A stretch of DNA of 64,000 nt from Nitrosopumilaceae archaeon (GCA_965200155.1 CBDATR010000010.1:320001-384000), one strand, 5' to 3'; numbered from the stretch's first letter, positions 21,238 through 32,196 are shown. Program-made: numbers and translations. Notes: generated by a model from the letters alone, not told the origin.

Positions 21238-21651
21238 GATCTTGTGGTGGCAATGTTGAATACAAAAGTTTGGTCTATCCGTAAAAACAAACATGTTTTC
21301 GAAATTTGTTTATTCGCAAACATACTGTGTGATTAAACAAACCAATGCGAGAATTTACTGGTAGCCATTCCGGCAATCCATGTCGAGACAGCGTTCATGT
21401 CATAACATACATGTCTGATTGATCGGCAGGCTTGAGCAAGACTCCCAGAACACGCGGATACCGGAATTGCCTCATACCGATACAAGTCATATTGCCCCAG
21501 TTTGGCGCAGCAACAGGATCCCTGTGATTCTGGTCGTTGTCTGGTGTATGTGGGCAGCCGATATCATAGGTGTGGCTATTGTCTCTGCATGGCGAGACTT
21601 GAATAACTATCATACGTGACATTTAATAATGATTCTTGGTTTACTGATATA

Positions 21652-22992
21652 GTGACCTATCAGACTACTGTGTGGACGGATTCTCCAAACATAAGCTCAT
21701 ACACCTTGGCTAACTTTCGTAGCATACCGCAGATTGCCGCATTGCCCGAAGAGAAACAGTTTGAGATGGAGGTGGTAGGTAACGTATTACCATTTAAGGC
21801 CAACAACTATGTAGTTGAGCAGCTCATAGACTGGGATAATATGTACCAAGATCCCATGTTTGTCCTTACGTTTCCGCAAAAGGGTATGTTAAAGCCGGGT
21901 CACTTTGAACAAATGGCATCCACGCTCCGGCAAGGGGCAAGCAGAAAGGAAGTGTCTGAGGTGTCTAATGAAATTAGGCTACAACTAAACCCCCATCCTG
22001 CAGGCCAGATGGAGCTTAACGTACCGCAATTGAAGGATGGTACGCGGTTATACGGCATGCAGCACAAATACAAGGAGACATGCCTATTCTTCCCCAGCCA
22101 AAGTCAGACCTGTCATGCGTATTGCAGCTTTTGCTTCCGTTGGCCACAGTTTGTAGGTATGGGTGACATGAAATTTGCCATGAAAGAGGTGGAGCAGGTC
22201 ATACAATATGTTAGGGAACACTCTGAGATATCTGACATACTATTCACCGGTGGGGACCCCATGATCATGAAGTCCTCCATATTTGCTGCGTATATAGATG
22301 CCATACTTGATGCAGCCCTTCCAAACCTGAGGACTATCCGGATAGGAACCAAGGCGTTGTCTTACTGGCCATACAAATTCCTCACGGATCCAGATGCGGA
22401 TATTCTCCTGAACACCTTTGAGAAGATCACTGCCCGGGGACTGCATTTGGCCATGATGGCACACTTTAACCACCCACGGGAAATGGAGACAACTGCCTTG
22501 GCTAGAGCTGTTAAGGCCGTGCGTCGTACTGGGGCCCAGATACGAACTCAATCGCCCCTGCTGGCACATATCAACGATGATGGGGATCTCTGGGCTGGAA
22601 TGTGGCGGAACCAAGTTCGTATGGGTTGTATTCCATACTACATGTTTGTGGTACGAGACACAGGCGCTCAACACTTTTTCGGAGTTCCGTTGGTACGCGC
22701 CTATGGCATATTTCGTCATGCATACCAGCAAGTTAGTGGCTTGGGGAGGACAGTACGTGGCCCTAGTATGTCTGCTACTCCGGGTAAAGTACAGATTGAC
22801 GGCACTCCTACAATAAATGGCCAAAAGGTGCTACAGCTTAGATTTTTGCAGGGGCGCAATCCTGACTGGGTACAGAGACCCTTCTTTGCCAAATACGATG
22901 AGAATGCAATATGGCTTGACGATCTAACACCCGCGTTTGATGATTCCTTCTTCTTTGAGGATGAAATGTCTAGGCTAAAAAAATCAAGCTAG
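21652..22992 (+). CDS. KamA-family radical SAM protein (lysine 2,3-aminomutase-like)
   Basis: HKYKET, CHAYCSFCFR, TGGDP, IRIGTK, HFNHPRE and QSPLL. Confidence 0.9.
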   Translation: MTYQTTVWTDSPNISSYTLANFRSIPQIAALPEEKQFEMEVVGNVLPFKANNYVVEQLIDWDNMYQDPMFVLTFPQKGMLKPGHFEQMASTLRQGASRKEVSEVSNEIRLQLNPHPAGQMELNVPQLKDGTRLYGMQHKYKETCLFFPSQSQTCHAYCSFCFRWPQFVGMGDMKFAMKEVEQVIQYVREHSEISDILFTGGDPMIMKSSIFAAYIDAILDAALPNLRTIRIGTKALSYWPYKFLTDPDADILLNTFEKITARGLHLAMMAHFNHPREMETTALARAVKAVRRTGAQIRTQSPLLAHINDDGDLWAGMWRNQVRMGCIPYYMFVVRDTGAQHFFGVPLVRAYGIFRHAYQQVSGLGRTVRGPSMSATPGKVQIDGTPTINGQKVLQLRFLQGRNPDWVQRPFFAKYDENAIWLDDLTPAFDDSFFFEDEMSRLKKSS

Positions 22993-23139
22993 GCTTCCGG
23001 TTTTCCGAATATCTGTACAGATTTTTAAAGTATATCTCATCATTATACTCGCTGGGATAATGGTAGAAATCCACGCTCCCCTTTCTACATGACTCACGTA
23101 TGCTTTCTAGTACGAGATAGTAAATTACATCCTCTAGTG

Positions 23140-23305
23140 GTGATCGTTTAGGTCACTCTTTCACATACGACGCCAAGGTGGAGGCTAACTCCTGTTATTT
23201 CACTAGCATAGCATGGCGACACGGTATAGGGCTGGCGGTGGCTATTCCCTACCTGATTTTGTACCAGAAAAACACGCCTTAATTCGGAGCGACCTAAACG
23301 GTTAC
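23140..23305. mobile_element. Family-B MITE
   Basis: GTGATCGTTTAGGTCAC...GCGACCTAAACGGTTAC. Confidence 0.72.
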
Positions 23306-23348
23306 TACACTATGCCTATGATTTAATAGCGCCATCGGATAATTCATA

Positions 23349-23558
23349 ATGATGCGAGACAGGAAGGCGAGGGTAAAGCTTCTTGTGCTACTGGGAATAA
23401 TCTGGATTGTAGTCACGTTGCCTCTTCCTTGGGTGGTGGGAAATCCGGATGTACCTGAGACACAATTGTATAACATATTGGGCATAATAGGAATAATATC
23501 GGTCCCGTTCGTAATGCTTGCGGCAGTTTGGACCCTTAAGCCAGAGCTGACCACATAA
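23349..23558 (+). CDS. Small two-TM hypothetical protein
   Basis: 69 aa, two hydrophobic helices, stop overlaps the cysQ start. Confidence 0.7.
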   Translation: MMRDRKARVKLLVLLGIIWIVVTLPLPWVVGNPDVPETQLYNILGIIGIISVPFVMLAAVWTLKPELTT

Positions 23559-24379
23559 TGTCCGCTCCTACAATAGAAGTAGGATCGTACATGGAGACTG
23601 CCATAAAATCTGCCCGAGAGGGAGGACAAGCTATAATGGACTTGTATGACTCGGATTTAAAATATACAAGTAAAAGTGACAGTTCTCCAGTAACAAACGC
23701 TGACTTGGCCAGCAATAGTGTCATAAAGAAGGTCTTGGCAAGGACAAACATACCCGTACTCTCTGAGGAGGATGCAGACTCCGACACGCGCTTGGGCTCA
23801 GATATCATATGGGTAGTGGATCCGCTGGACGGAACACTGGATTTTCTTGAGCATACAGGTGAATTCACAGTGATGGTGGCTCTGGTACAAAACACCCGAC
23901 CAACCCTTGGCGTCATATACTGGCCGGATAATGATATACTATATGCCGCTTGGACGGGTGGTGGTGCATGGCGCCACGATAGATCCGGATGGGGCAAGAT
24001 TGGAGTGAAGAAGACCGCATCTTTACCATACTGCACTTTGGTGACCTCAAGACACCACATTACCGAGTCTGAGGAGAAATTCATTAACTCGTTGGGCTTT
24101 GGGGATAGGCGGACTCTTGGAAGTTCTTTAAAAGTTGTTGATATCTGCTCCGCCCAAGCTGATGCCTACTTTACTTTTACTGATAAAATGAAAGAGTGGG
24201 ATACCGCGGCATCATGCTGCATACTGCATGAAGCCGGTGGGAAAATGACCGATATGAATGGCAATCCCTTATTCTATAATGATGCTGATGTATTTCATCG
24301 CAATGGCATACTGGCTACCAATGGGGTAGTACATGATCACATTTTGCGCAGATATCGGGAATTACAGCAGGCTTCGTGA
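23558..24379 (+). CDS. cysQ: 3'(2'),5'-bisphosphate nucleotidase
   Basis: SPVTNAD, LSEE, WVVDPLDGT, GSSLK and EWDTAA. Confidence 0.93.
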   Translation: MSAPTIEVGSYMETAIKSAREGGQAIMDLYDSDLKYTSKSDSSPVTNADLASNSVIKKVLARTNIPVLSEEDADSDTRLGSDIIWVVDPLDGTLDFLEHTGEFTVMVALVQNTRPTLGVIYWPDNDILYAAWTGGGAWRHDRSGWGKIGVKKTASLPYCTLVTSRHHITESEEKFINSLGFGDRRTLGSSLKVVDICSAQADAYFTFTDKMKEWDTAASCCILHEAGGKMTDMNGNPLFYNDADVFHRNGILATNGVVHDHILRRYRELQQAS

Positions 24380-24877
24380 TCTCAGAAAGTCCATTACTTG
24401 ACCTGAGCTCTCCTCTAGCGTGTCTGTCTCTGTATCCAGGGTTATGTCTGGATTGTCCGGGGCCTCATATGGGTCATCTATGCCAGTAAAGCCCTTTATT
24501 TCGCCCCTGCGCGCTTTTGCGTACATTCCCTTGACATCCCTCTCTTCACATTTGGCCAAGGAACATCGTACGTAGCACTCCGCGAACTGTTCTCCAGCGT
24601 CTACCACACTACGGGCATCACTACGATTGTCTTTGTATGGTGATACAAGAGACACTACTGAAGGCACGCCGTGTTTCAGGAGAAGTTTGGCCAAATATGC
24701 GACGCGATGGTTGTGTTCATCGCGGCCTGCCTTGGAAAAGTCCTTGGGGGAGAACCATTCCCGCAATTCATCGCCGTCCAGCATGGCCAGATTTGGTATA
24801 TCCTTTTGTAGACGTCTCACAATGGTACTCTTTCCAGAACAGGGCAATCCTGTCATCCATAACACGAAAGGTTTCAC
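24362..24877 (-). CDS. cysC: Adenylyl-sulfate kinase
   Basis: WMTGLPCSGKST, LDGDELR, RDVKGMYAKAR.GEIKGFTGIDDPYEAP. Confidence 0.97.
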   Translation of the reverse strand: MKPFVLWMTGLPCSGKSTIVRRLQKDIPNLAMLDGDELREWFSPKDFSKAGRDEHNHRVAYLAKLLLKHGVPSVVSLVSPYKDNRSDARSVVDAGEQFAECYVRCSLAKCEERDVKGMYAKARRGEIKGFTGIDDPYEAPDNPDITLDTETDTLEESSGQVMDFLRSRSLL

Positions 24878-24901
24878 AACAAGTCACAAGCATACGGCTT
24901 T

Positions 24902-25456
24902 TTATTCCTTGAGCCACTTACAACCTTCCAGATACGACAAGTCCTGTAGCATATCATTGAGTCGCGCTATGTCTACTCCTGACTCGTAAAAGTGCTCATA
25001 CATCTCCCGTTCTTCCTCCACGGTAAGCACAGACTCCTCTACAGTGTCGAAGAATTTTTCCTCCTTCTCCATATGGTCTTTTAGGTATATGGCATAGGTT
25101 CTAAGAAATCGTCCTATTGGCTCTCTGCTGTTGTGTCCTCTCTTCCACTGTTCCAGATATTTTGATATATTTGCAGATATGCGTCGTGAAAATTCATGCT
25201 CGATAAGGAGCTTGCGAATGTCCTTGTCATGTTCTCCATATCCCGCTACACAGGGAAAGTATGCATTCTCTTCTACTGCATAATGTACCGTATACAGAAA
25301 TCCGTCCATTATGCGGGTCATGCGCTCGATGTCCTCTAGTGGTATTTCATACCCATCTGCCAGTCTTTCTTGGCAGACCCAGACAATCTTTTCAAGACGC
25401 CGCAGGTGGCGGTGATCCTCCCGAAGGGCATTGGTAGCGCGCATGTTGACTGTCAT
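24902..25456 (-). CDS. Hemerythrin-domain protein
   Basis: LREDH, H...EE..YFP, EH and H..KEE..FF HHE motifs. Confidence 0.88.
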   Translation of the reverse strand: MTVNMRATNALREDHRHLRRLEKIVWVCQERLADGYEIPLEDIERMTRIMDGFLYTVHYAVEENAYFPCVAGYGEHDKDIRKLLIEHEFSRRISANISKYLEQWKRGHNSREPIGRFLRTYAIYLKDHMEKEEKFFDTVEESVLTVEEEREMYEHFYESGVDIARLNDMLQDLSYLEGCKWLKE

Positions 25457-25685
25457 ACGATGAACTCCATAAGTATTTGCATACACAAATCTTGTTTAAG
25501 CATACTAAAATTAGGTCGCACTAAGATATGACGATCATAGAACAAGTTTACGTCTTAATTAGCACACAAATCGTAACGCTGGTACTATCTGTCGTGCGTA
25601 AATTTAGACAATGGCTAACACAAATCGAGTAATGACATGTTGGCGTGCAGATTATGATATCTATCTTTCTGGTTACTGGAGCAGT

Positions 25686-25796
25686 ATTGCTGCCCCCATC
25701 TATTCGGGATGCGACATGTGGGTTGTTTTTGGCCTGCGCGGCTCTCTTTGGGCTGGCGGATTGCTGCCCCCATCTATTCGGGATGCGACATGTGGG
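25686..25796. repeat. Perfect 37-bp direct repeat flanking a 37-bp unique insert (CRISPR-like repeat-spacer-repeat, no cas genes in the window)
   Basis: ATTGCTGCCCCCATCTATTCGGGATGCGACATGTGGG at 25686-25722 and 25760-25796. Confidence 0.92.
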
Positions 25797-26140
25797 AGAG
25801 TCATTGTACAGCTCAGGGCCATGACATAACTCATAACTCCTGCGATCATAGTGCCATCGCAAGTCTCTGAGCAACAGTTCCTACATTTGTCCCACACAAT
25901 CACTACCTTACGTGTTATCGACTTGTGGAGTACGCTATCCACTATGGACCAAAATGTAAATGGCTCCAGTCTGTGCCAAGCACACATGGCGGTCGTTACA
26001 ATAAAGATAACTTGGAGAAAGCGCGGGTTGAATACGGCGGACTCACTTTTTCATGATCGCGTCCTAAACAGTTACTCATTCCGTCTGAGCATGAGCGCGT
26101 ATCAAATCCTTTTTTATACCCATACACACATCACTAATCG

Positions 26141-26434
26141 TTGGCAAATTCGGAGTATTTGATAACAAAAGCAGAGTATGGTCCAGGCCGACAGCTTCGC
26201 TCTGTCGTACGAAACAAGATCACAGAGCAAGGAGTACTGGAGGGAGAGATCATAGACAAAATGACTCTGGTCTCTGATATCAAGCGCGGGGCCGTATACA
26301 CAACCGCATATGACAACACTACTAGCTGGATAAAGTCCAGCAGTGTACGTACGTACAAACTAAATGCACAACCTTACGTAAGAATAGATGGAAATAACGT
26401 AGAGTTTGATAATTTAGGTGACCTGTCATGGTAG
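26141..26434 (+). CDS. DUF3892-like small protein
   Basis: YLIT... and C-terminal YVRIDGNNVEFDNLGDL resembling the family motif. Overlaps the start of the repeat gene. Confidence 0.6.
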   Translation: MANSEYLITKAEYGPGRQLRSVVRNKITEQGVLEGEIIDKMTLVSDIKRGAVYTTAYDNTTSWIKSSSVRTYKLNAQPYVRIDGNNVEFDNLGDLSW

Positions 26435-29400
26435 CTGGTGATGACAAGGAGACCTCTGGTGGCTTTAGCTCTTTTTTAAGTAGGTTTAGGCGTAGGAAAG
26501 AGAGCCCTGATACCTCTACTGATACGGATTCGACAAAAAATAATTCGGCCGATGTGGAAGATCCTGTAGATTCCTTGACCAATGAGCCTGAGTCCCCCTC
26601 CGAGCCTGAGTCCCCCTCCGAGCCTGAGTCCCCCTCCGAGCCTGAGTCCCCCTCCGAGCCTGAGTCCCCCTCCGAGCCTGAGTCCCCCTCCGAGCCTGAG
26701 TCCCCCTCCGAGCCTGAGTCCCCCTCCGAGCCTGAGTCCCCCTCCGAGCCTGAGTCCCCCTCCGAGCCTGAGTCCCCCTCCGAGCCTGAGTCCCCCTCCG
26801 AGCCTGAGTCCCCCTCCGAGCCTGAGTCCCCCTCCGAGCCTGAGTCCCCCTCCGAGCCTGAGTCCCCCTCCGAGCCTGAGTCCCCCTCCGAGCCTGAGTC
26901 CCCCTCCGAGCCTGAGTCCCCCTCCGAGCCTGAGTCCCCCTCCGAGCCTGAGTCCCCCTCCGAGCCTGAGTCCCCCTCCGAGCCTGAGTCCCCCTCCGAG
27001 CCTGAGTCCCCCTCCGAGCCTGAGTCCCCCTCCGAGCCTGAGTCCCCCTCCGAGCCTGAGTCCCCCTCCGAGCCTGAGTCCCCCTCCGAGCCTGAGTCCC
27101 CCTCCGAGCCTGAGTCCCCCTCCGAGCCTGAGTCCCCCTCCGAGCCTGAGTCCCCCTCCGAGCCTGAGTCCCCCTCCGAGCCTGAGTCCCCCTCCGAGCC
27201 TGAGTCCCCCTCCGAGCCTGAGTCCCCCTCCGAGCCTGAGTCCCCCTCCGAGCCTGAGTCCCCCTCCGAGCCTGAGTCCCCCTCCGAGCCTGAGTCCCCC
27301 TCCGAGCCTGAGTCCCCCTCCGAGCCTGAGTCCCCCTCCGAGCCTGAGTCCCCCTCCGAGCCTGAGTCCCCCTCCGAGCCTGAGTCCCCCTCCGAGCCTG
27401 AGTCCCCCTCCGAGCCTGAGTCCCCCTCCGAGCCTGAGTCCCCCTCCGAGCCTGAGTCCCCCTCCGAGCCTGAGTCCCCCTCCGAGCCTGAGTCCCCCTC
27501 CGAGCCTGAGTCCCCCTCCGAGCCTGAGTCCCCCTCCGAGCCTGAGTCCCCCTCCGAGCCTGATGTAAAGCCTGAGCCAGCCAAAAAGTCACCCCGAGGC
27601 ACTCTGCCAAAGGGTATGGAAGCACCAAAGCCTGAGCCTGATGTAAAGCCTGAGCCAGCCAAAAAGTCACCCCGAGGCACTCTGCCAAAGGGTATGGAAG
27701 CACCAAAGCCTGAGCCTGATGTAAAGCCTGAGCCAGCCAAAAAGTCACCCCGAGGCACTCTGCCAAAGGGTATGGAAGCACCAAAGCCTGAGCCTGATGT
27801 AAAGCCTGAGCCAGCCAAAAAGTCACCCCGAGCACTCTGCCAAAGGGTATGGAAGCACCAAAGCCTGAGCCTGAAAGCCTGAGCCAGCCAAAAAGTCACC
27901 CCGAGGCACTCTGCCAAAGGGTATGGAAGCACCAAAGCCTGAGCCTGATGTAAAGCCTGAGCCAGCCAAAAAGTCACCCCGAGGCACTCTGCCAAAGGGT
28001 ATGGAAGCACCAAAGCCTGAGCCTGATGTAAAGCCTGAGCCAGCCAAAAAGTCACCCCGAGGCACTCTGCCAAAGGGTATGGAAGCACCAAAGCCTGAGC
28101 CTGATGTAAAGCCTGAGCCAGCCAAAAAGTCACCCCGAGGCACTCTGCCAAAGGGTATGGAAGCACCAAAGCCTGAGCCTGATGTAAAGCCTGAGCCAGC
28201 CAAAAAGTCACCCCGAGGCACTCTGCCAAAGGGTATGGAAGCACCAAAGCCTGAGCCTGATGTAAAGCCTGAGCCAGCCAAAAAGTCACCCCGAGGCACT
28301 CTGCCAAAGGGTATGGAAGCACCAAAGCCTGAGCCTGATGTAAAGCCTGAGCCAGCCAAAAAGTCACCCCGAGGCACTCTGCCAAAGGGTATGGAAGCAC
28401 CAAAGCCTGATCCAAAACCTGATCCCGCCCAGGCTCAGCGCATAACCGAGCTAGAGGCCAAGATCAACCAGGTTCCATCACTGCTTGCCGGACTGGAAGA
28501 CATGATTGCCAAGCTACAATCCGTACCCGAGCCCAAGCCAAAACCTGATCCCGCCCAGGCTCAGCGCATAACCGAGCTAGAGGCCAAGATCAACCAGGTT
28601 CCATCACTGCTTGCCGGACTGGAAGACATGATTGCCAAGCTACAATCCGTACCCGAGCCCAAGCCAAAACCTGATCCCGCCCAGGCTCAGCGCATAACCG
28701 AGCTAGAGGCCAAGATCAACCAGGTTCCATCACTGCTTGCCGGACTGGAAGACATGATTGCCAAGCTACAATCCGTACCCGAGCCCAAGCCAAAACCTGA
28801 TCCCGCCCAGGCTCAGCGCATAACCGAGCTAGAGGCCAAGATCAACCAGGTTCCATCACTGCTTGCCGGACTGGAAGACATGATTGCCAAGCTACAATCC
28901 GTACCCGAGCCCAAGCCAAAACCTGATCCCGCCCAGGCTCAGCGCATAACCGAGCTAGAGGCCAAGATATCCCACGTAGTGCTGGACACCACTCATCTAG
29001 AGACCAAGATATCCCAGCTGGAATCTATTCCGGAGTCTCAACCAAAACCTGATCCCGCCCAGGCTCAGCGCATAACCGAGCTAGAGGCAAAAATAATCAA
29101 GATGCCTCTAAGTATATCTCATCTAGAGACCAAGATATCCCAGCTGGAATCTATTCCGGAGTCTCAACCAAAACCTGATCCCGCCCAGGCTCAGCGCATA
29201 ACCGAGCTAGAGGCCAAGATCAACCAGGTTCCATCACTGCTTGCCGGACTGGAAGACATGATTGCCAAGCTACAATCCGTACCCGAGCCCAAGCCAAAAC
29301 CTGATCCCGCCCAGGCTCAGCGCATAACCGAGCTAGAGGCCAAGATCAACCAGGTTCCATCACTGCTTGCCGGACTGGAAGACATGATTGCCAAGCTACA

Positions 29401-30172
29401 ATCCGTACCCGAGCCCAAGCCAAAACCTGATCCCGCCCAGGCTCAGCGCATAACCGAGCTAGAGGCCAAGATCAACCAGGTTCCATCACTGCTTGCCGGA
29501 CTGGAAGACATGATTGCCAAGCTACAATCCGTACCCGAGCCCAAGCCAAAACCTGATCCCGCCCAGGCTCAGCGCATAACCGAGCTAGAGGCCAAGATCA
29601 ACCAGGTTCCATCACTGCTTGCCGGACTGGAAGACATGATTGCCAAGCTACAATCCGTACCCGAGCCCAAGCCAAAACCTGATCCCGCCCAGGCTCAGCG
29701 CATAACCGAGCTAGAGGCCAAGATCAACCAGGTTCCATCACTGCTTGCCGGACTGGAAGACATGATTGCCAAGCTACAATCCGTACCCGAGCCCAAGCCA
29801 AAACCTGATCCCGCCCAGGCTCAGCGCATAACCGAGCTAGAGGCCAAGATCAACCAGGTTCCATCACTGCTTGCCGGACTGGAAGACATGATTGCCAAGC
29901 TACAATCCGTACCCGAGCCCAAGCCAAAACCTGATCCCGCCCAGGCTCAGCGCATAACCGAGCTAGAGGCCAAGATCAACCAGGTTCCATCACTGCTTGC
30001 CGGACTGGAAGACATGATTGCCAAGCTACAATCCGTACCCGAGCCCAAGCCAAAACCTGATCCCGCCCAGGCTCAGCGCATAACCGAGCTAGAAGACATG
30101 CTGGCAAAACTGACATCTCTAACCAAGCAAAACGCGCCTGCCAAGCATCGCTCTAGACGAAAGAAACAATGA
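26428..30172 (+). CDS. Giant Pro/Glu-rich tandem-repeat protein (~1250 aa), split by two small deletions near 27831 and 27874
   Basis: ORFs 26428-27882 and 27923-30172 join if 1+4 nt are restored to two 78-bp units. Confidence 0.75.
26584..27555 (+). repeat. 18-bp tandem repeat x54 (EPESPS)
   Basis: GAGCCTGAGTCCCCCTCC, 972 bp, no visible variant. Confidence 0.97.
27556..28408 (+). repeat. 78-bp tandem repeat x11 (EPDVKPEPAKKSPRGTLPKGMEAPKP)
   Basis: Identical units except for a 1-nt and a 4-nt deletion in units 4 and 5. Confidence 0.95.
28412..30094 (+). repeat. 126-bp tandem repeat x13 plus a partial unit (42-aa coiled-coil-like unit)
   Basis: PKPDPAQAQRITELEAKINQVPSLLAGLEDMIAKLQSVPEPK, with units 5 and 6 divergent. 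Confidence 0.95.
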
Positions 30173-30176
30173 TGTT

Positions 30177-30268
30177 GTATGAGTTCACCTGTGTCTAAAT
30201 TTACGCACAACTGATCGCGACAGTTAATGTGATTTGTGCACAAGATTCCGGAAGACGTGAACTCATAC
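30177..30268 (+). mobile_element. Family-A MITE
   Basis: TSD ATGATGTT, 4 bp after the stop codon of the repeat gene. Confidence 0.95.
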
Positions 30269-31014
30269 ATGATGTTTGTTAGTGTGAATCTGATAATGAT
30301 ATTCGGAAGTAGTTTTATCCACTGATCCTATCGCTCCTGAAGACCCTGGACATTCTAATGAAATGTGAGAGTTGGTGTGCCCGTTAGTGACCTTGTTATC
30401 TTGAGTCATGCCCTAATCTCTGGACTGTATTTTTATTAATCAGCACCAAAAGTGAGCATCGTAGTTATCTATGCCCAGCTAGAAATGCATTCTCGTAATA
30501 ACCAATACCGAAGACTGTCAGTGCCATATTGTATGAGTTCACGTGTTTTGATCACATAATAAGATAGAATGCATCCCAGTTTTTTAATTATAATTGCATT
30601 CTGGCAGCAACCTCGTTCATTACAGAAAGGCCCTGAGCCCTCCATGTCTGAATACATGATACGAATGTGGACATGCGGCGCATGGCCCTTTCACCACCCT
30701 TTATCTGGCCACTAATTTTGCGGAATACCACTGCGTATCGCAGAGCCTGCTCCGCTGGATTGTTGGTGGGCTCCACACCGTCATATTCTAAGAATACGAA
30801 CATGCCTGGTATGGCCTTATTCAATCCTTTTACCTTCTTTTGCAGTTCAGTATCATCAACATCACAGTACTGATGCATCTGCTCCTGCCTCAAATGAGTG
30901 TCGTAATTGCGCGGACGGCCCGCAACGATTCACGTGCGCTCCGGAACAATTCTTTCAAATCGTTGTCAAGTTTGATCCGGGCGTCCTGATCACCGGGATC
31001 GATATAGAATCCTG

Positions 31015-31106
31015 GTATGAGTTCACCTGTGTCTAAATTTACGCATAACTGATCGCGACAGTTAATGTGATTTGTGCATAAGATTCCGGAAGACGTGAAC
31101 TCATAC
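31015..31106 (+). mobile_element. Family-A MITE inside the IS66 transposase
   Basis: 92 bp, no TSD (adjacent deletion likely). Confidence 0.93.
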
Positions 31107-31338
31107 GACAATTATGTTGTTTACCGCACCCACCGATATATTCAGGCCGAAGAGATCCCTCGAAATTACAGGTATGCGCTTTATTGGAATCTTTTCCACA
31201 CGTAATGCAGTGATGGCACCACATCTCAAAACCACCACTCTCTGGGACGCCCGCTGCTGGGGCCAGTTGTTTTTTGCCGCACATACATGTGGCCATTTCT
31301 ATCACATGAAGGGTCTCCTCTATTCTGGCTGGTATTAA

Positions 31339-31430
31339 GTATGAGTTCACCTGTGTCTAAATTTACGCATAACTGATCGCGACAGTTAATGTGATTTGTG
31401 CATAAGATTCCGGAAGACGTGAACTCATAC
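31339..31430 (+). mobile_element. Family-A MITE inside the IS66 transposase
   Basis: TSD GGTATTAA. Confidence 0.95.
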
Positions 31431-32037
31431 GGTATTAATTCTGTTATGCGTCGTTGTTTCCAACCACTTTTTCTCATCATATTGCCGCACTCACATATTG
31501 GAGTATGCTCAAAGTTGTGGCGCATTACTCTGTCGGGGTTGTGGGAACGGGAAACCCCCTTGTGCCCCTTTTGCGCGCCAGCCTTTTTGGCGGATTTCGT
31601 ACTGGCTTCTGTCTGTTGCTTATTATCTCCCTGTTTCCGCTTCTTGTACTGGAGGGATTGAAGGGATGGTGGCGAGTGAGCATTATCATAATATTTAAGT
31701 CGCGTTGTGATTACCGCAATTTTCCCCTGTTTTTCTTCTAATTTCTCATTCAATTCATTTACATAATTCCTAATAATTTGGAAATCTTGTGTGAGATTTC
31801 GTATTTCTTTTGTGGTGCGGGACACATATGCTTCCAATACTCTCACACGTTCCTTGTAATGTGCAAGTTCTTTCTTGGTAGACGCAAGGGTATACTGAAG
31901 AAGCTTATTTTTCAGTTCCAATTCCTTATAGGACAGGCGTCTTCTCATTAGATTCTTATTACAAATTTGATATTTAAGCAAAATATTGTCATGCCAATCT
32001 ATATCTTAGTGAATGATCAAAACACGTGAACTCATAC

Positions 32038-32196
32038 TGTTTCAGGTCTTGAGCTATTTTGGTTGTGGCAACGCCTCTTTTGCGTTGTCTTACTATTGAT
32101 TCCTCTGTTATTCTATTTACCATAGCCTTTCGTGGTTTGTGCAATCTGAACTACTGTACGCCGGATCCTAAGCGGACTTACTTTTCGTACTATTGA
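32038..32196 (-). mobile_element. Left-end fragment of the IS481-like element
   Basis: Matches 7243-7378. A diverged right-end relic lies at ~30370-30530 on the other side of the IS66. Confidence 0.8.

Larger units (their letters stand above)
30531..32037 (-). mobile_element. IS66-family element (single-ORF type), transposase disrupted by two MITEs and a deletion
   Basis: Perfect 24-bp TIR GTATGAGTTCACGTGTTTTGATCA. Coiled coil + NAHSPPS + GAQKGHKG + CxC N-terminus, and GVEPTNNPAEQALR.AV..RKISG C-terminus. Confidence 0.93.

Noticed and set aside
21652-24877. KamA radical SAM plus cysQ/cysC as a novel biosynthetic cluster
   Set aside because: The genes have mixed orientations, are separated by a MITE, and lack any precursor peptide or tailoring genes. 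They look like common AOA genes.
26322-28415. Long antisense and alternate-frame ORFs (GSEGDS, QARRGT, SLSPPP repeats)
   Set aside because: These are by-products of stop-free tandem repeats. Only the EPESPS frame has sensible termini and operon coupling.
26584-30094. Tandem arrays as a CRISPR array
   Set aside because: There are no spacers, and unit lengths are multiples of 3 and coding.
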